From a virus (lineage: Duplodnaviria > Caudoviricetes): a stretch of 64,000 bases of DNA. Shown here piece by piece: positions 43,503-56,399 of this stretch; position 1 is the first letter of the stretch; every line of letters begins with the position of its first letter. Both the position numbers and the translations under genes were made by a program. The stretch lies in IMG/VR virus record IMGVR_UViG_3300031555_004891. One strand, 5' to 3'. The notes beneath the pieces were generated by a model, which searched no databases, was not told the origin of the DNA, and saw only the letters and a program-made list of their open reading frames with translations.

Positions 43503-44281
43503 TTAAAGACGAATTGGGTGATAGAATCAAATCAAACTATGAAAATAGAGCTAAAACATATTTATTGAGACGTACACCAGTTATCGTTAGAATTGATGTA
43601 CGAGCGTTTCACACTTTAACTAAAAAATTTGAAAAGCCGTTTGATACTATCTTTGGTATGGCTATGCAGATGACTTTAGAAGATATTTGCAAGGAAACAC
43701 CTGGTGTTGTTTTTGGTTATGTACAAAGTGATGAAATCTCTATTTTATTGCAAGATTATGCTACTAAACAAACAGAAGCATTTTTTGATTACGCTGTGCA
43801 AAAGATAAGCTCAGTTATGGCTGGTGTAGCTACTATGTACTTTAATAGAAATTTTCAAAAATTAATTGTGCAGCAAGCAAAATTAGGTATCGATCCATTG
43901 AAATATCTCGATAAAAATCTTAATCCACTTATGGGTAGCTTCGATGCTAGATGTTTTAACATTCCTAAAGAAGAAGTTTGCAATTATTTTATTTGGCGTC
44001 AAAATGATGCAAGTAAAAATAGTGTGCAGATGCTAGCTAGGTCGCTTTTTTCACATAAGGATTTGCAAGGTTTAAATCTTTCTCAATTGCAAGATAAAAT
44101 GATGCTTGAGAAAGATGTTAATTGGAACGATTTAGAGATTTGGAAAAAACGCGGTGCATGCTGTGTTAGAGACTCTGAAACTAGAAAATGGTTTATTGAT
44201 AGAGCTATTCCTATTTTTACAGAAGATAGAGATTATGTAGATAAATTTGTTTATTTAACAGCTTATCAAGAAGAAAATTAA
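43499..44281 (+). CDS. tRNA(His) guanylyltransferase Thg1-like protein
   Basis: RIDVRAFH, QSDEIS, FDARCF, YFIWRQNDA, NWND, KRG. Confidence 0.88.
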   Translation: MIKDELGDRIKSNYENRAKTYLLRRTPVIVRIDVRAFHTLTKKFEKPFDTIFGMAMQMTLEDICKETPGVVFGYVQSDEISILLQDYATKQTEAFFDYAVQKISSVMAGVATMYFNRNFQKLIVQQAKLGIDPLKYLDKNLNPLMGSFDARCFNIPKEEVCNYFIWRQNDASKNSVQMLARSLFSHKDLQGLNLSQLQDKMMLEKDVNWNDLEIWKKRGACCVRDSETRKWFIDRAIPIFTEDRDYVDKFVYLTAYQEEN

Positions 44282-44340
44282 TATAAAATAAAGTATACAG
44301 TACATATTCCTGTATACTTTTATGATATTGGAGGCTTATT

Positions 44341-47300
44341 ATGAGTGATTATGAAAGAAATAAAGCATTAAGATTACCCCTTGAAAAATATGGTTATGAG
44401 GAAGATCCATATAAAATTGAGAGCGAAAATCCTGCTGCTTTTAATAGAAGATATGGGGTAGATGAGAAGTTTTTTGAGGTTGTAGGAACAGATAATGGAA
44501 AGCATTACTTAGATTATGTTCTTGAAAGCGACTATGGTGCTGACGCAGGTGATTTTGCTAAATCTAGAGCTCTATCAAAAAGAGAGAAAGATAAGTATTT
44601 AGGAACATTCCAACAACTTATTCCAAACGTAAATATGGATGATGTGCGTTTAGTCGAATACTGTTGGTATAATTGTAGTGAGCCAATGGATATTTATAAT
44701 GAAACAACAGATCCATTTTACAAGGAAATATAAGTATGGAAAAATACTACAAAGCTAAGCCATCAGCTCTTCCATTCGTAGAAGAAGTTAAAGGGGAGTT
44801 ATACACAAACGCTATAAAAGATAGTGATGGGACCTTAGTTAGTACTGGCGAGTATTATTTGAGAAATTATTACACTACATTTGATGCGGATAATTTAGAA
44901 ATAATGATAAACTACGTAGATTATAGAGTGGATGAAAGTACCTTAGAAGAGGTTCCAGAACAGATTATAGATTTATCAGATTATAATCCGATGTACGAAG
45001 CAGGTAAATATTATGTTAGGAAACATTAATTTATTTGAAATTTGTAAAGAGTATTATCCTGGATTAAATTTAGATAATCTAGATTATAAGATTGAAAAAT
45101 TTGGTGATTTAGAGCGAATTGAAATTTGGTTAAATGATCACTCACCTATATATTGCTTATGTGATAGAAATTATATGCATTGGTATGGTGATCATGGCTC
45201 ATTTTCTTTTGATTGCACCTGGAAACCTAGCGTAAGAAATCTTCCATACAACTCGCCTAGCTATATGTTTGAGAAACTTGATCAAACAGCTATTTTGGGA
45301 GCTGGAAAAGAATTTAACGCTACGAAAGCTAGAAAAGCTATTTTAGATCACTTATTTAATAGCAGTTGGTGGGAAGAGGAAGTATTAGAAGAAGATAAGC
45401 CAGTAATAAAAGATTTGTTCGAGTGTGATTATATTTATTATAACAGTATTTGGGGTTTAGAGACTCAAAAAGAATATAATCAAGATATGTTAGAACAAAT
45501 CGCAGCTGTTTTAGACTCATCATCAGACCAGTTTGATTTAATTAATCGATTGAGAGACCTTGATGACGCTAATCCATTGTTTGATGATGACTATTCTTTA
45601 TACTATGCTGGGGAAGTTATCTCACCACATTTTTATCTTATCTTTTATGCGTTAAGTGTAGTAGCAGATTTAGAAATAAAGAAGGAAGAAAAGAGTGAAA
45701 GTAACTGAAAATACTACAGTAAAAGAAATTCACGATATTTGCTTGAAACATCAAAAACAAAATAGAGATTGCGAATCATGTCCTATCTATAGATTTTGTA
45801 TGCAAATGACTATTAGTTACCCTAGTGGTTGGAAATTGGAGGTGGAACATGCTGAAAAGTAATGCATTAAAAATATTAGCTTTATAGAACATCGCTAGTG
45901 CGCAAAATAATAATGCTTCGGCCACTAGAGGTTTAGCTAGAGAGCAAAGCAAAACAAATGAGTTATTGCAAGAGCAGTTAGAAGTAAAAGATCGAGTAGA
46001 TATATCTATGCGAGAATATCAAGATCTTAAACATATAGAATCTTGCTTTCATGCTTATAGAGATATATTTAGTAATATACTAGCTAAAACTGATTTGAAA
46101 CCAGAAGAACTTGCTACTGCTATGAAAAAAGAAGTGTCAGTTAGCTTCGATGAAAATCCAGCTGATTTAAGCATGCGATTACATATAGCATTAAACTTAG
46201 ATATACCAATATTTAGAATGCGAGAACTTTTAGAGAAAAATCGATTATGAAAAAAGAAGAATTTGTTACAAATTTTGCAGTAGGCGATAAATTAATATCT
46301 GTTGGTTTAGATGATTATGGTCAATGTTATTTTATAGAGTGGGCGGAAGATGGTGAAATAAAAGAAGAATCGTGCGGCTCTTATAATACTGATTATAAAG
46401 GTTATATCGAATATAGATTTGGTGAACCAGCTGAACATTGCAAATATTATCCTAAAGAAAATATCTTTAATGGTGAAATTCCACAATTGAAAGATTGTGA
46501 TAATCGTGGTACGTTTGGTTGGTGTGATAACTGTAAATATAATGATGTTAAATGGTATTCGCATAAACTGTTAGTAGAGTTAGGAATTATAGATAGAAGA
46601 GGAAATATTTTAGAGCCATTTCAAGACTATTTGGAGAAATGTGATGACGAATCGTGAGTACTTAAATACATTAGATAATAAAAATTTTGCTTTAGTTGTA
46701 GATAATATAATGTTTCAATGCTTGAGTGAGGTGTTACTCATGAAAGCATCTAAATTACAGTCAGATAGAGACCCACTTAAAAAGTTTGAAGAAGAAGCTA
46801 AAGAAGCTGGATTTACTGATTTAGATAATCTAGGTATATTTAAGTTTTATAAGTGGTTAGAAGAGAAATATAATGAAAGTAATTAAGCACGGAAATAAGC
46901 ATGTTGTACATAAGGAAAGAGCGACCTGTGAAATTTGTGATTGTGTGTTTGAGTTTACTCAAGCAGATTGTGAACCTAAGAATAAACTTATTGATAAAGA
47001 ATCGAATAAAGAGCTTGATATAACTAGTTTATTTTTAGGTGCTTTAACCTCAAAAGCTAATTATGGTGCTATCAAAACATTTTGTGTGACATGTCCAGAA
47101 TGCAAAAGCAAATTTGATTTAAGAGAAGATATATTTATAGATTTAACGGAGGAATGGGAAAAACATGATAGCACAAAAACTGAAAAATAATTACATAGCA
47201 ATTGGTCAAAACACAACTTTGAGAGATGATGCTTTAGAAGTTATTTATGAGTTGAGGGTTGGGGAATTTTATCGATTAAGTAAAGCTACAAATGATTGGG

Positions 47301-47806
47301 TAGAGCGTTTAGCAGATAAGCGCGATATTATGTTTGTTAAATATGATGATGAAAATGCTAAAATCTGCAAAGAATTTGATAAAATACTATCTAGAAGGAA
47401 ATTGTTTGTTGAAAAGCAAGAAGCTAGATTTAGCGAAGAAGAAGCATTGCAAGAAGAAATTTCTGACGCATTAGCAACTAAAGCTGATAAGCCAGTAAAG
47501 AAACCTTCTTATCCATCACTTATGATTGGAACATCTAGATTGCTTAGAATTCCTAGCAAACAAATCATAAAAATTTGTAAAAGAAAGGGTAAGTCTGATA
47601 ATTATAATAAACAAAACTCTGTATGTATTAGTAATGAGTGTAGAGAGATTTTCTTCTCAGATGTTAAGAAAACCGAGCATTTCAAGACTTCGCATCTTTA
47701 TGAGCTGTTAAATAGCAATGAAGATGCTAATATCTATAATAAATGGGATGCACACATTACAAAAATTTATGAAGCTGGATTGGAGGCGATTGATGGTAAT
47801 TCATAA
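44341..47806 (+). CDS. run of hypothetical ORFs (44341, 44736, 45013, 45849 with 1 TAG, 46247, 46641, 46873, 47165)
   Basis: Tightly packed + strand ORFs with RBSs. Confidence 0.65.
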
Positions 47807-48455
47807 GTAGGATTGTTATATTGAGGACATGTATGGTGATAAGCTTACCCCAGAAATGGGTGTTAAAGCTATGAAAGCTATTGAGAAAAAAGGAAGAAAT
47901 TGCTATCGTAGTACAGATCTTATTACAGAAGATAGTTACATAAAATTTCTAAAAATGATAATGAAACGCGGTCATTACTCAGTTATCGAGCATTGCTCAG
48001 TGTCTGCTTTTATAACTACAAATAAAGCTATTGAAACAGAAACTGTTAGACATAGACTCGCTTCATACTCAATTTCAAGCACACGTTATTGTAATTTTAG
48101 TAAAGATAAATATGGTAATGAAATCCATGTTGTAGAACCATTTGAAGGACTCAGTGAAGACGAAGATTGGTTAGCAGCAGTAGAAGCTTCAGAAAAAGCT
48201 TATTTGAAATTGCTTGAAAAAGGATACACCACAGATAAAGTTAGAGGTGTTCTCCCACTTGATGTTAAATCAGATATTTGGATGACCACAAATTTGAAAA
48301 ACTGGCGTCATTATTTTGAAATGCGTTGTACTCAATCTGCACATTTTCAGATTAGAGAAATCGCTAAAAAGCTTTTGACTCAATTCTATGAAGTATTTCC
48401 TGTTATCTTCGAAGATCAGTATGAAAAATTTATAACCTGTGATGAGGATAAATAA
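47793..48455 (+). CDS. thyX: flavin-dependent thymidylate synthase (TAG at codon 6)
   Basis: HYSVIEH, RHRLASYSISSTRY, R..AH.QIR; GGAGG precedes ATG 47793. Confidence 0.9.
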
Positions 48456-48873
48456 TATGGCTTATATAAACGATTATGATGTAGAAAAGATTTTATCTAT
48501 AATAGAAGAAGCTAAAACTAGAAATTATCCAGAGCATGTGTTACGTTATGATTTAGATAATTATGTAAGTGAAATTTTACATAGATACGATGATTATGAG
48601 TATACACAACAAGATATTGATAATGCTAATGATGAGTCTTACGATCAAGGTAAAGAAGACGGCTATTCGGAAGGATATGATGATGGTGAGAAATCAGGTA
48701 AAGCAGAAGGGTTTCATAACTGTCTTGAACGTTTAGCCAGCTTTATTCAATATTTTAAGCTTGAGTATGGTGATAATGAGCAATTTAACTCAAAAGAAAT
48801 TCGAACCAAATTAATTGAATTGTTATGCGAGCTTGACGAAGATGCTGAAATAAACATTGAGGAATTAGAATGA
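48439..48873 (+). CDS. hypothetical protein with GYxxG repeats
   Basis: YDQGKEDGYSEGYDDG. Confidence 0.65.
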   Translation: MMRINNMAYINDYDVEKILSIIEEAKTRNYPEHVLRYDLDNYVSEILHRYDDYEYTQQDIDNANDESYDQGKEDGYSEGYDDGEKSGKAEGFHNCLERLASFIQYFKLEYGDNEQFNSKEIRTKLIELLCELDEDAEINIEELE

Positions 48874-49224
48874 GTTATTTTGTAGTAATAGAAGAAATGA
48901 GAATAGTAGAAGTTAATGCACCATCTGAGGAAGCTGCTCTAGCTCAAGTTAAAAATCAATTAGACGCTGCTAATCCCAGAAATACAGCTAAACTTTCTAT
49001 AGCTAAAGAAGTGATAATTGAGTAATAGCTATTTTTATCTTTTATTCCTATAAATCTCTATATAAATCTTTCATAAAAATATATTTATTAACAAATATGT
49101 TAAAATAAATTTATTAAAGAAAAAATAAAGCGAGAATAATAAAAGATCAGCTATAAAAACAGTTGATCTTTTTTCTTTTTTATTATATAATATATTTATA
49201 AATTTGATATGAGGTTTTTATTTT

Positions 49225-52200
49225 ATGGAAGATAAAATTGAAAAACTTAAAACAGCACTTTGTACAGCAAAAGCTGTCGCATCATTTTTTAAAGATGAGC
49301 TTGATGATGGTACAGCTAACTTCGATCATCCGCTTTTATTTAAGCCTGATGGAATGACAAAAAAGCAAATTTTAGAAGCTTTTGAAAAAGCGCTTATCCG
49401 TTGTGAAATCGAAACCATTGGAATTTGGAAAAATTGGATACACATCTATGGTGTTGTAGATGGTCAAGGAAATCGAAGAACAACTATGGCTGAAAAATTC
49501 TCAGAAGCTTTAGAGAAGCAAGGATTTAAATCTTGCGTATATTATCAGATGGATTGAGGTGAAATATGAAAAAAGTTTACATAGTGACTGTACAGCATGC
49601 TAATTATACATGGGAAAAAGTTTCTCAAGAAGGTTATGATTCTTTGATAAAAGCTCAAAAATTTATAGAATCTAGATCTGATAAGCCTGAAAAATTTACT
49701 GATTTTAATTATAAAAGTGACTCAAATATTTATCGAATTTATGAGATTTCTGTGGTGTAAATAGTTGATCTTTTTCTTGAAATATATTATAATATAAGTG
49801 TAAATAAAAGAAAGAGGTGTTAAATATGAAACTTGAAACATTACTTGAAAAGCTTGATTCTTATAAAGCTGGATCTTTCATCAATCTCGCATGGGAAAGG
49901 GAAGTTTCTAGCGCAAAAGCTAAAAAAGCCGGTATAAAGATAAGCAAGAAATCTGCTGGTCTTATTCGTACCGATGTTAATTACTCTGCTCTCGCAGCTG
50001 TTCAAGGTATTGAGCGTGGCGAAAAAGAATCATGGTTTGAGCATTATAGAAAAGGTCTTTTGCAATCTAAAAAAGATTCTTCTAAAAAATATTTGCAAGC
50101 GTTTCCGGTTCCTGGTAAGAAAATCTCTTCTATTATGGTAGTAGATACTGGATCTGAAGTGTATGAATGTGATGCTGAAAAGCTTTATGCTGATGGTCTT
50201 ATCACTAAAGCTGCTTTAGGAAGCAAGACTGGAACTGATACTTTTATCGTTAGCGTAGAAAATATTACATCTTTTGGAGGTAACGAGTAATGAAAGTTAA
50301 ACAAATCACTGGTCTTATTGATTATCCTGATGATGTGCAGGTGACGCTTTATGATTACACTAAATCAGATGTAGTGTATGTAGGTTTGGAAGAAAATATT
50401 CCAGAATATTATTTAGATGAAGAAATTCTCGGAATTGAGATTCCTAGCAAAAATGAAATCATGTTAAATATTAAAACAAAATAAATTAAAATATTGAGAG
50501 GTATATATTATGTCAAATCGAACTGTTGTTGTTGCTCCTTATGCTGTTTCTGGTGGCGCTTTTGGCTTTACGCCGGTGTTGAAGAAAAAGAAGCCTAATT
50601 TTGGTGGTATGTTCATTATTAATGGTAAGCAAGTTTATATCACCAAAGTTATCTACAATGATCCAGCTACTGTTGTATTCTGGTCTGATGGAAAGAAAAC
50701 CACTGCTAAATGCGATAAAGCAGATACATATAACAAAGAAGTTGGTCTTATGCTTTGTGTTATGAAGCGCATGGTTGGCGGTGAGCAAGTCTCTATGCTT
50801 TTCAAAGATTGGGTAACCGAAGATAAAGTTATCGATCTCAAGAAAGTGCGCGAAAATCAAAAAGTAAAGGTAGAAGCGAAAGAAGAAGTTAAAGAGCAAA
50901 ACGCATGAAAGTAACAGAAGTAAAAACATATACTTGCGAATACTGTGGTTTAACATTAGTTAATGAGGAAATGATGGCTTTTCACGAAGAAATTTGCCCT
51001 GAAAATCCTCAGAACCAACCTTGCAGTAAATGCCGTAGATGTGAAATTAATGGTTTTACTGGTGATGCTAAATGCTCTAAAAATATGGATATGGAAGGAA
51101 TTGGCGGTAAAGTCTTATGCTTCTTCTACCAAAAAGGACAACCAGAAATACATATTTAATAGAATAAAAATAAGAGCAGTATAGCGTAAAATAGTATACT
51201 GCTCTTTTCTTTGAGGAAAAACTCTTATGGAACAAATAAGTTCAAGAAAACCTGTAGCTAGAAAAGAATATTGCTGTGATTATTGTAGAGATAAAATTAA
51301 AAAGGGACAGCGTTATTATAGAAGCTTTTGGAAAGATGATGTAGCTTATGAGTGGATAGCTCATCTAGAATGTCAATTTATAGTTAATGAGCTCTGGGAT
51401 TATTATGATCCAGATTATGGTGTTGACTCAGAAAATTTTGGAGAAATGTGTCATGATTTCTGTCAGAATTTTATTTGCCCTGCTTGCGAATATTGGGATA
51501 AAGCGTATGACGAATGCAGCGAAGATAAATGCTACATAGAATGTTTTGATAAAATTGTAGAAACATTAAAAAAGAAATACATAAAGTATATACCAAAGCA
51601 ACCTGGCGACTGGTTTGGACAATATATTTTAGTAGATAGAGAGAAGGTGATTGAAAATGTCTAGATATGATAATAATAACAATTCTGGATTAGGATTACT
51701 AGATGTTGCTGAAATAGCTTGCTTTATAGTTTTCTTAGTCTTTAAATTGGTCGGTTTAATTGATTGGTCATGGTGGTGGGTAACGGCACCGCTTTGGGGT
51801 GGATTCCTGCTTAATCTATTTATTATTTTAATAGTGTTTATTGTAATGTGGATTTACATAAAGTGGGATGGAAGACATTATTAAATTAGTTGATTTCTTA
51901 ATTAAAAGATTATATAATATAAATATAAAATTTATTAAAGGTAACTTTTTATAATGAAAAAATTAGTAATCACTTTGTTAGCATTTTTAACGATTTTTAG
52001 TTTTACAGCTTGCAATAGCAATAATAAAGATTATGAGGAATATCAACCAACGCAAGGTTCAATGTTTGCCTGCATTGAGTCTTACGAAGATCCTTATTTA
52101 GGTGCAGTAACAATTCTCGTAGATAGAGAAACCAGAATTATGTATATGCATTATTGGGAAAATGCCAGTACGGATTATGGAGTTAGTGGCATTACCGTTT

Positions 52201-52253
52201 TATATGATTCAGATGGCAAACCTAAAAAATATAATGGAGTGATTACAGAGTAA
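49225..52253 (+). CDS. run of small TAG-free early ORFs (49225, 49566, 49817, 50290, 50510, 50905, 51227, 51651 membrane, 51954 lipoprotein-like)
   Basis: Follow promoters at 49163, 49765, 51890; FTAC lipobox-like in 51954. Confidence 0.65.
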
Positions 52254-52945
52254 TGTTAAAAGTTTATTGTGATGGTGCATGTAGTGGTAATCCTGGTCCT
52301 GGTGGTTGGGCATTTGTAATTCCTAAATTCGATATTGAGATATCAGATTATGAAGAGCAAACAACAAATAATAGAATGGAAATTACTGCAGTAATGAAGG
52401 CTCTCGAATATTTATTGGAACATTTTTTCAATGAAGATAATATAGAGATAATTACTGATAGTCAATATGTTATTAATACAATGACTAAAGGGTGGCAAAA
52501 GAAAAAGAATACAGATTTATGGGATAGATTAGATAATGCTGTAGGAAAATTTAATTCTGTAACCTGGACATGGGTTAAAGGCCATGCAGATAACAAGCAC
52601 AATCAACGATGTGATGAACTTGCTGTTGCAGAATACAGGGCGTATCAAGAGAGTAAACGAACAATTAAAGAACTTGAAGAAGAAAGGGAATTAAAATGGT
52701 ATGGTAAACAAATTCCATTAACCTCAACTCAAAAAATAGTTGTAGAATTTGCTCCACTTGAACAATACGATGTAGGTAAAAATCATTTTGTTAATATTCT
52801 AAAATGCACAGCGATTGATGCTGTTTATGCAGCAGAAGCCGATAATAATGAGCTTTTATGTATTGGATCTTACTCAGAATGCCGGCAAGTATTACAAAAT
52901 TACAAAAGTTTAGTAGAAGATGATTTTCGGAGGATTCCTTTTTAA
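52253..52945 (+). CDS. rnhA: ribonuclease HI with C-terminal extension
   Basis: DGACSGNPGPGG, TNNRME, TDSQY, WVKGH, N.RCDELA. Confidence 0.93.
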   Translation: MLKVYCDGACSGNPGPGGWAFVIPKFDIEISDYEEQTTNNRMEITAVMKALEYLLEHFFNEDNIEIITDSQYVINTMTKGWQKKKNTDLWDRLDNAVGKFNSVTWTWVKGHADNKHNQRCDELAVAEYRAYQESKRTIKELEEERELKWYGKQIPLTSTQKIVVEFAPLEQYDVGKNHFVNILKCTAIDAVYAAEADNNELLCIGSYSECRQVLQNYKSLVEDDFRRIPF

Positions 52946-52947
52946 TT

Positions 52948-54609
52948 ATGATTCTTAATATTTTATTATCAGCTTTATTAGCTGCCACGCTCTTCCTAAT
53001 GTCTATGGGAATTATCTATCACGTGATACACCCGAATTATGAAGATTATCTAGAAGAAGAAACAAAAGCTGATAAAAAAGCTGACATATCTCTTATAGTA
53101 AATATTATTCTTTTCATTGGCTTTATTTTTGCTGGAATTGGTATAAGTGATAATGGTGATAAAAAATTTGTTGCAGAATATCAAGCTCAAAAATATACTA
53201 TCGAATCTAGCCTTGAAAATGCTGATTTAACAGGTCTTGAAAGAATTGAGTTAGTAAAACTAGCCACAGAGTTAAATAAAGATTTAGCAGCTAGAAAATA
53301 TAATTTCAACAAATGGTATAATGTGCATTATGATAATTCTATTTATGACAATATAGAATTTATTAATTTGGGAGGTACGCAAGAATGAACATCATTACCT
53401 GGGAATGGTTTATGATAATCGGCTTAATTGTAGGTTGGTCAGGTTTTTTGATTGGTAAAATTATTTATGATAACAGTTACTCTTTAGAAACTTTAGGGAC
53501 AGTTATGGCTGTTATTTCAAGCGTAATTCTTCTTTTGTCTGTTATTCTTATGATTCCATTGACATTAGCTCAAAGTAAAGTTGAAAAAGAATATAGCAGG
53601 TATATGGAAATTAAAACAGAATATTACGAAGCAAGAATAAATTATTTAGAAAATCCCGATGATGATTTTGCTAAAATTGCTTTAGATCTTGCTGAGCAAA
53701 AAGTCGAGTTTCAATGGAATGCTTGGTATGATACATATAAAGACGACTTAAATAATGAGTGGCACCTTTGGGGAACCAGCAGCTACGCTAAAAAGATGGA
53801 TTATATTGAGGTTAAATAAATTATGTTACCTGGCGTTATAATATTAGATTCTTATCAGTATGTAAGCGAATATAGTGCATTTAAAACAGGTCCGTTTTTG
53901 TTAACCTGCTTAGCTATATTCTTAGGTTGGATTATTCTAATTTTCGCCATATTAATCGGTTTGGATGGCAACTTTTCTAGTCTAAAAGATTCTTTTGTTT
54001 GGTTTTTTACTTTATTTGCTTCTTTTTTAATGACAATATTTATGGGAGCTCTGGTTAGTCTATGTTTTCAAGGCGATCCTATTGAGTATACCACTGTTTA
54101 TAAGGTAACTACAATGGATACTGTAAATGTGAATGATTTTACTGATATGTATGAGATAATCGAAGTAGAAGGTAAAATCTATACTGTAAAGATAAGAGAA
54201 AAATAAACAGGAAGTGTTGATAATGGAAGGTGTTATTGAGATTAGTAAAGAAGCTATATATGGTTGCTGGCAATATGCTTACATATTTGGTATTATTAGC
54301 TTTTTTATCTTTAGTTGTATTTTTACTTATACCATTATAAAGAATAAGAAATCTGGTGTTATTTATGATTGCAAGAATGTACTGCTGACTATTATTCTTT
54401 ATATTTTAGGAGCTATAGCTTCATGCATGGTTGTTATTTTAGCGGACTGTTTTGGTAAATTATTAGATGAGAAGAATTGCCCCGTTTTGTATTATGAGTA
54501 TACTGTTAAAATTACTGATGACGTTGATTTTGGTAAATTTAAAGATACATATAAAATATTAAGAGAAACAGAAGATAATACATATATTGTTATTTTGAAG
54601 GAAAATTGA
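52948..54609 (+). CDS. four tandem two-TM membrane proteins (52948, 53385, 53823, 54214)
   Basis: Paired hydrophobic helices in each. Confidence 0.7.
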
Positions 54610-54612
54610 TCT

Positions 54613-55116
54613 ATGTTTAGTGTTAGAAAAAATACGTTTGAAACAAATAGCTCTAGTACGCATTGCTTATGTTATGAAAAATCTGTAGAGCTCAAATCTG
54701 AAGATCTAGAAAAATTAAAAGAAGCTTATATAATTAAACCATATACGCAAGAAGAAATAGATGATGTTATGGAAATTACATCTATAAAAGATAAGTTAAG
54801 ATATTTCTACACTTTGTACATACAGGCTAATCATACTAGCAATAAATTTATGAGAAAGCTAAAAAATATTGTACCAAATGTTATTTTTAGTGAAGAATTT
54901 CCAGATGAGACTTATATTCTTGAAGATGGGGACAGCTTTATGGAAGGTGGTTACTTTGCTCCAGCAGAATATGAGATATTAACAGATGACTTGCTCACTA
55001 AACTTTTATTATATGGAAAAATCTATTTTGGTGATAGAGATAGAGAATCTTATTCGGATAAAGTATATGGCATCGAGCATAGTGATGCTTATTTTTCCAT
55101 GGTTTGGAGCGGTTAA
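54613..55116 (+). CDS. phage protein with RxxxFETNSSSxH motif
   Basis: VRKNTFETNSSSTH. Confidence 0.75.
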   Translation: MFSVRKNTFETNSSSTHCLCYEKSVELKSEDLEKLKEAYIIKPYTQEEIDDVMEITSIKDKLRYFYTLYIQANHTSNKFMRKLKNIVPNVIFSEEFPDETYILEDGDSFMEGGYFAPAEYEILTDDLLTKLLLYGKIYFGDRDRESYSDKVYGIEHSDAYFSMVWSG

Positions 55117-55235
55117 TTTATTTATTTTATAAAATTACAGACTTAAATTATAAATTATATCAGCAAAACAATAAAAAATCAAAAACAGATAACTGTATAT
55201 AATAGAGAAGATAATCAAATCTTCTCTATTTTTAT

Positions 55236-55326
55236 TGCCCCTTAGGTTAATGGTAAACCGCCGGTCTCTAAAACCGTTATACTCTCTGAAAGGGTAATCT
55301 GGGTTCGAATCCCAGAGGGGTAGCCA
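55236..55326 (+). tRNA. amber-decoding tRNA (CUA) with long variable arm
   Basis: TGCCCCT/AGGGGTA acceptor, G73, CCA; loop CT-CTA-AA (55268-70); 6-bp extra arm; CTGGG-TTCGAAT-CCCAG T arm. Confidence 0.9.
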
Positions 55327-55330
55327 ATAC

Positions 55331-55408
55331 TGGGGATTAGCATAACGGCTATTGTGCGGCGGACTCTAAATCCGTTTTGAGCTGGGTCGGCACCAGCATC
55401 CCCCGCCA
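55331..55408 (+). tRNA. amber-decoding tRNA (CUA), Gln-like acceptor stem
   Basis: TGGGGAT/ATCCCCC (U1.C72, G2-C71, G3-C70), G73, CCA; GCGGA-CTCTAAA-TCCGT; atypical T loop GTCGGCA. Confidence 0.88.
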
Positions 55409-55443
55409 ACTTAAAAATAATTAACTTTCCGGAGGCTCTTATT

Positions 55444-55911
55444 TTGAAACTATTTAGAAATTTCAAACTTTGTAGAGAAACTAGAAAAGAAATAAAGCAA
55501 GCAGAAAAAGAAAAGAAAAGATGTGCAAAAAAATATTCTGATTGGAAAGATGATGAGTATAACTGCGGTCCACTTAAATTTATTTGGGGATTAAAATCTT
55601 ACGATGACCTATCTTCTTGCGATGTTAATTTTTATTCTATGAACGATATAGATGTATATTTCAATAGGGATACTCAAAAATATATTTTAGGTATTGAAAC
55701 TATCTTTAAGTTTGAAAGTCAAGATCATAGAATAAAATATCTAGAAAGATTATTAAAAGCATTTAAAGAATATATGAGTGGTAAATTTGATAGTACTTTT
55801 GACCCACACAACTTATATTTATATAATGATGGTAATTTTTTTCAAGCAAGTAGTTTGACAGAGCTTTATTATAAATTTGAAATATTTGTGACTGGTTATA
55901 GTCAACTTTAA
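55444..55911 (+). CDS. hypothetical protein
   Basis: GGAGG + TTG start. Confidence 0.65.
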   Translation: MKLFRNFKLCRETRKEIKQAEKEKKRCAKKYSDWKDDEYNCGPLKFIWGLKSYDDLSSCDVNFYSMNDIDVYFNRDTQKYILGIETIFKFESQDHRIKYLERLLKAFKEYMSGKFDSTFDPHNLYLYNDGNFFQASSLTELYYKFEIFVTGYSQL

Positions 55912-56013
55912 TTCTTTAGAGGTAAGCTTATTAAATTTAATCTTTAAGTTAGATTTAGTACAAAAGCTATGCTAAATTAAATAGATAATCTTTAATATGC
56001 TTAAAATATTTAT

Positions 56014-56385
56014 ATGAGAACATTTGAGTATTTTTTCACTAGACAAGCAGTTGGAGAGTTAGAAGTAGAAGATATGGGTAATTGCTGTATCGAAGCCACT
56101 AACGATCAAGGTATGCTTTATTATTTAGTAACTGATACGAAATTAGGCTAGACTAGAATTTTTGAGTATGGTCCAGCTATACCTGATTTTGATGAGTTAC
56201 CAAAAAGTGTTTATTGCGCTTTTTCTAGAATAGAATATGATGAGCGTAAACTTACAAAAAAGATTTCAGAATTTCTTAATAGTCCTACTCGAGAGATTAC
56301 GCAAGCTTTCGAAGTTGATAGAGATATTTGTTTCTCTAATTGTAAATGTATAAATGACTATATGGAAAATAAAGAAAACTTTTAA
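56014..56385 (+). CDS. hypothetical protein (1 TAG; absent from ORF track)
   Basis: ATG 56014 to TAA 56383 with a single TAG. Confidence 0.65.
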
Positions 56386-56399
56386 GGGTTATAAATTAT

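Noticed and set aside
55236-55408. Pyrrolysine tRNA / TAG=Pyl
   Set aside because: Neither tRNA has the tRNA-Pyl 6-bp anticodon stem and 3-nt variable loop, no pyl genes are in the window, and TAG aligns with Gln.
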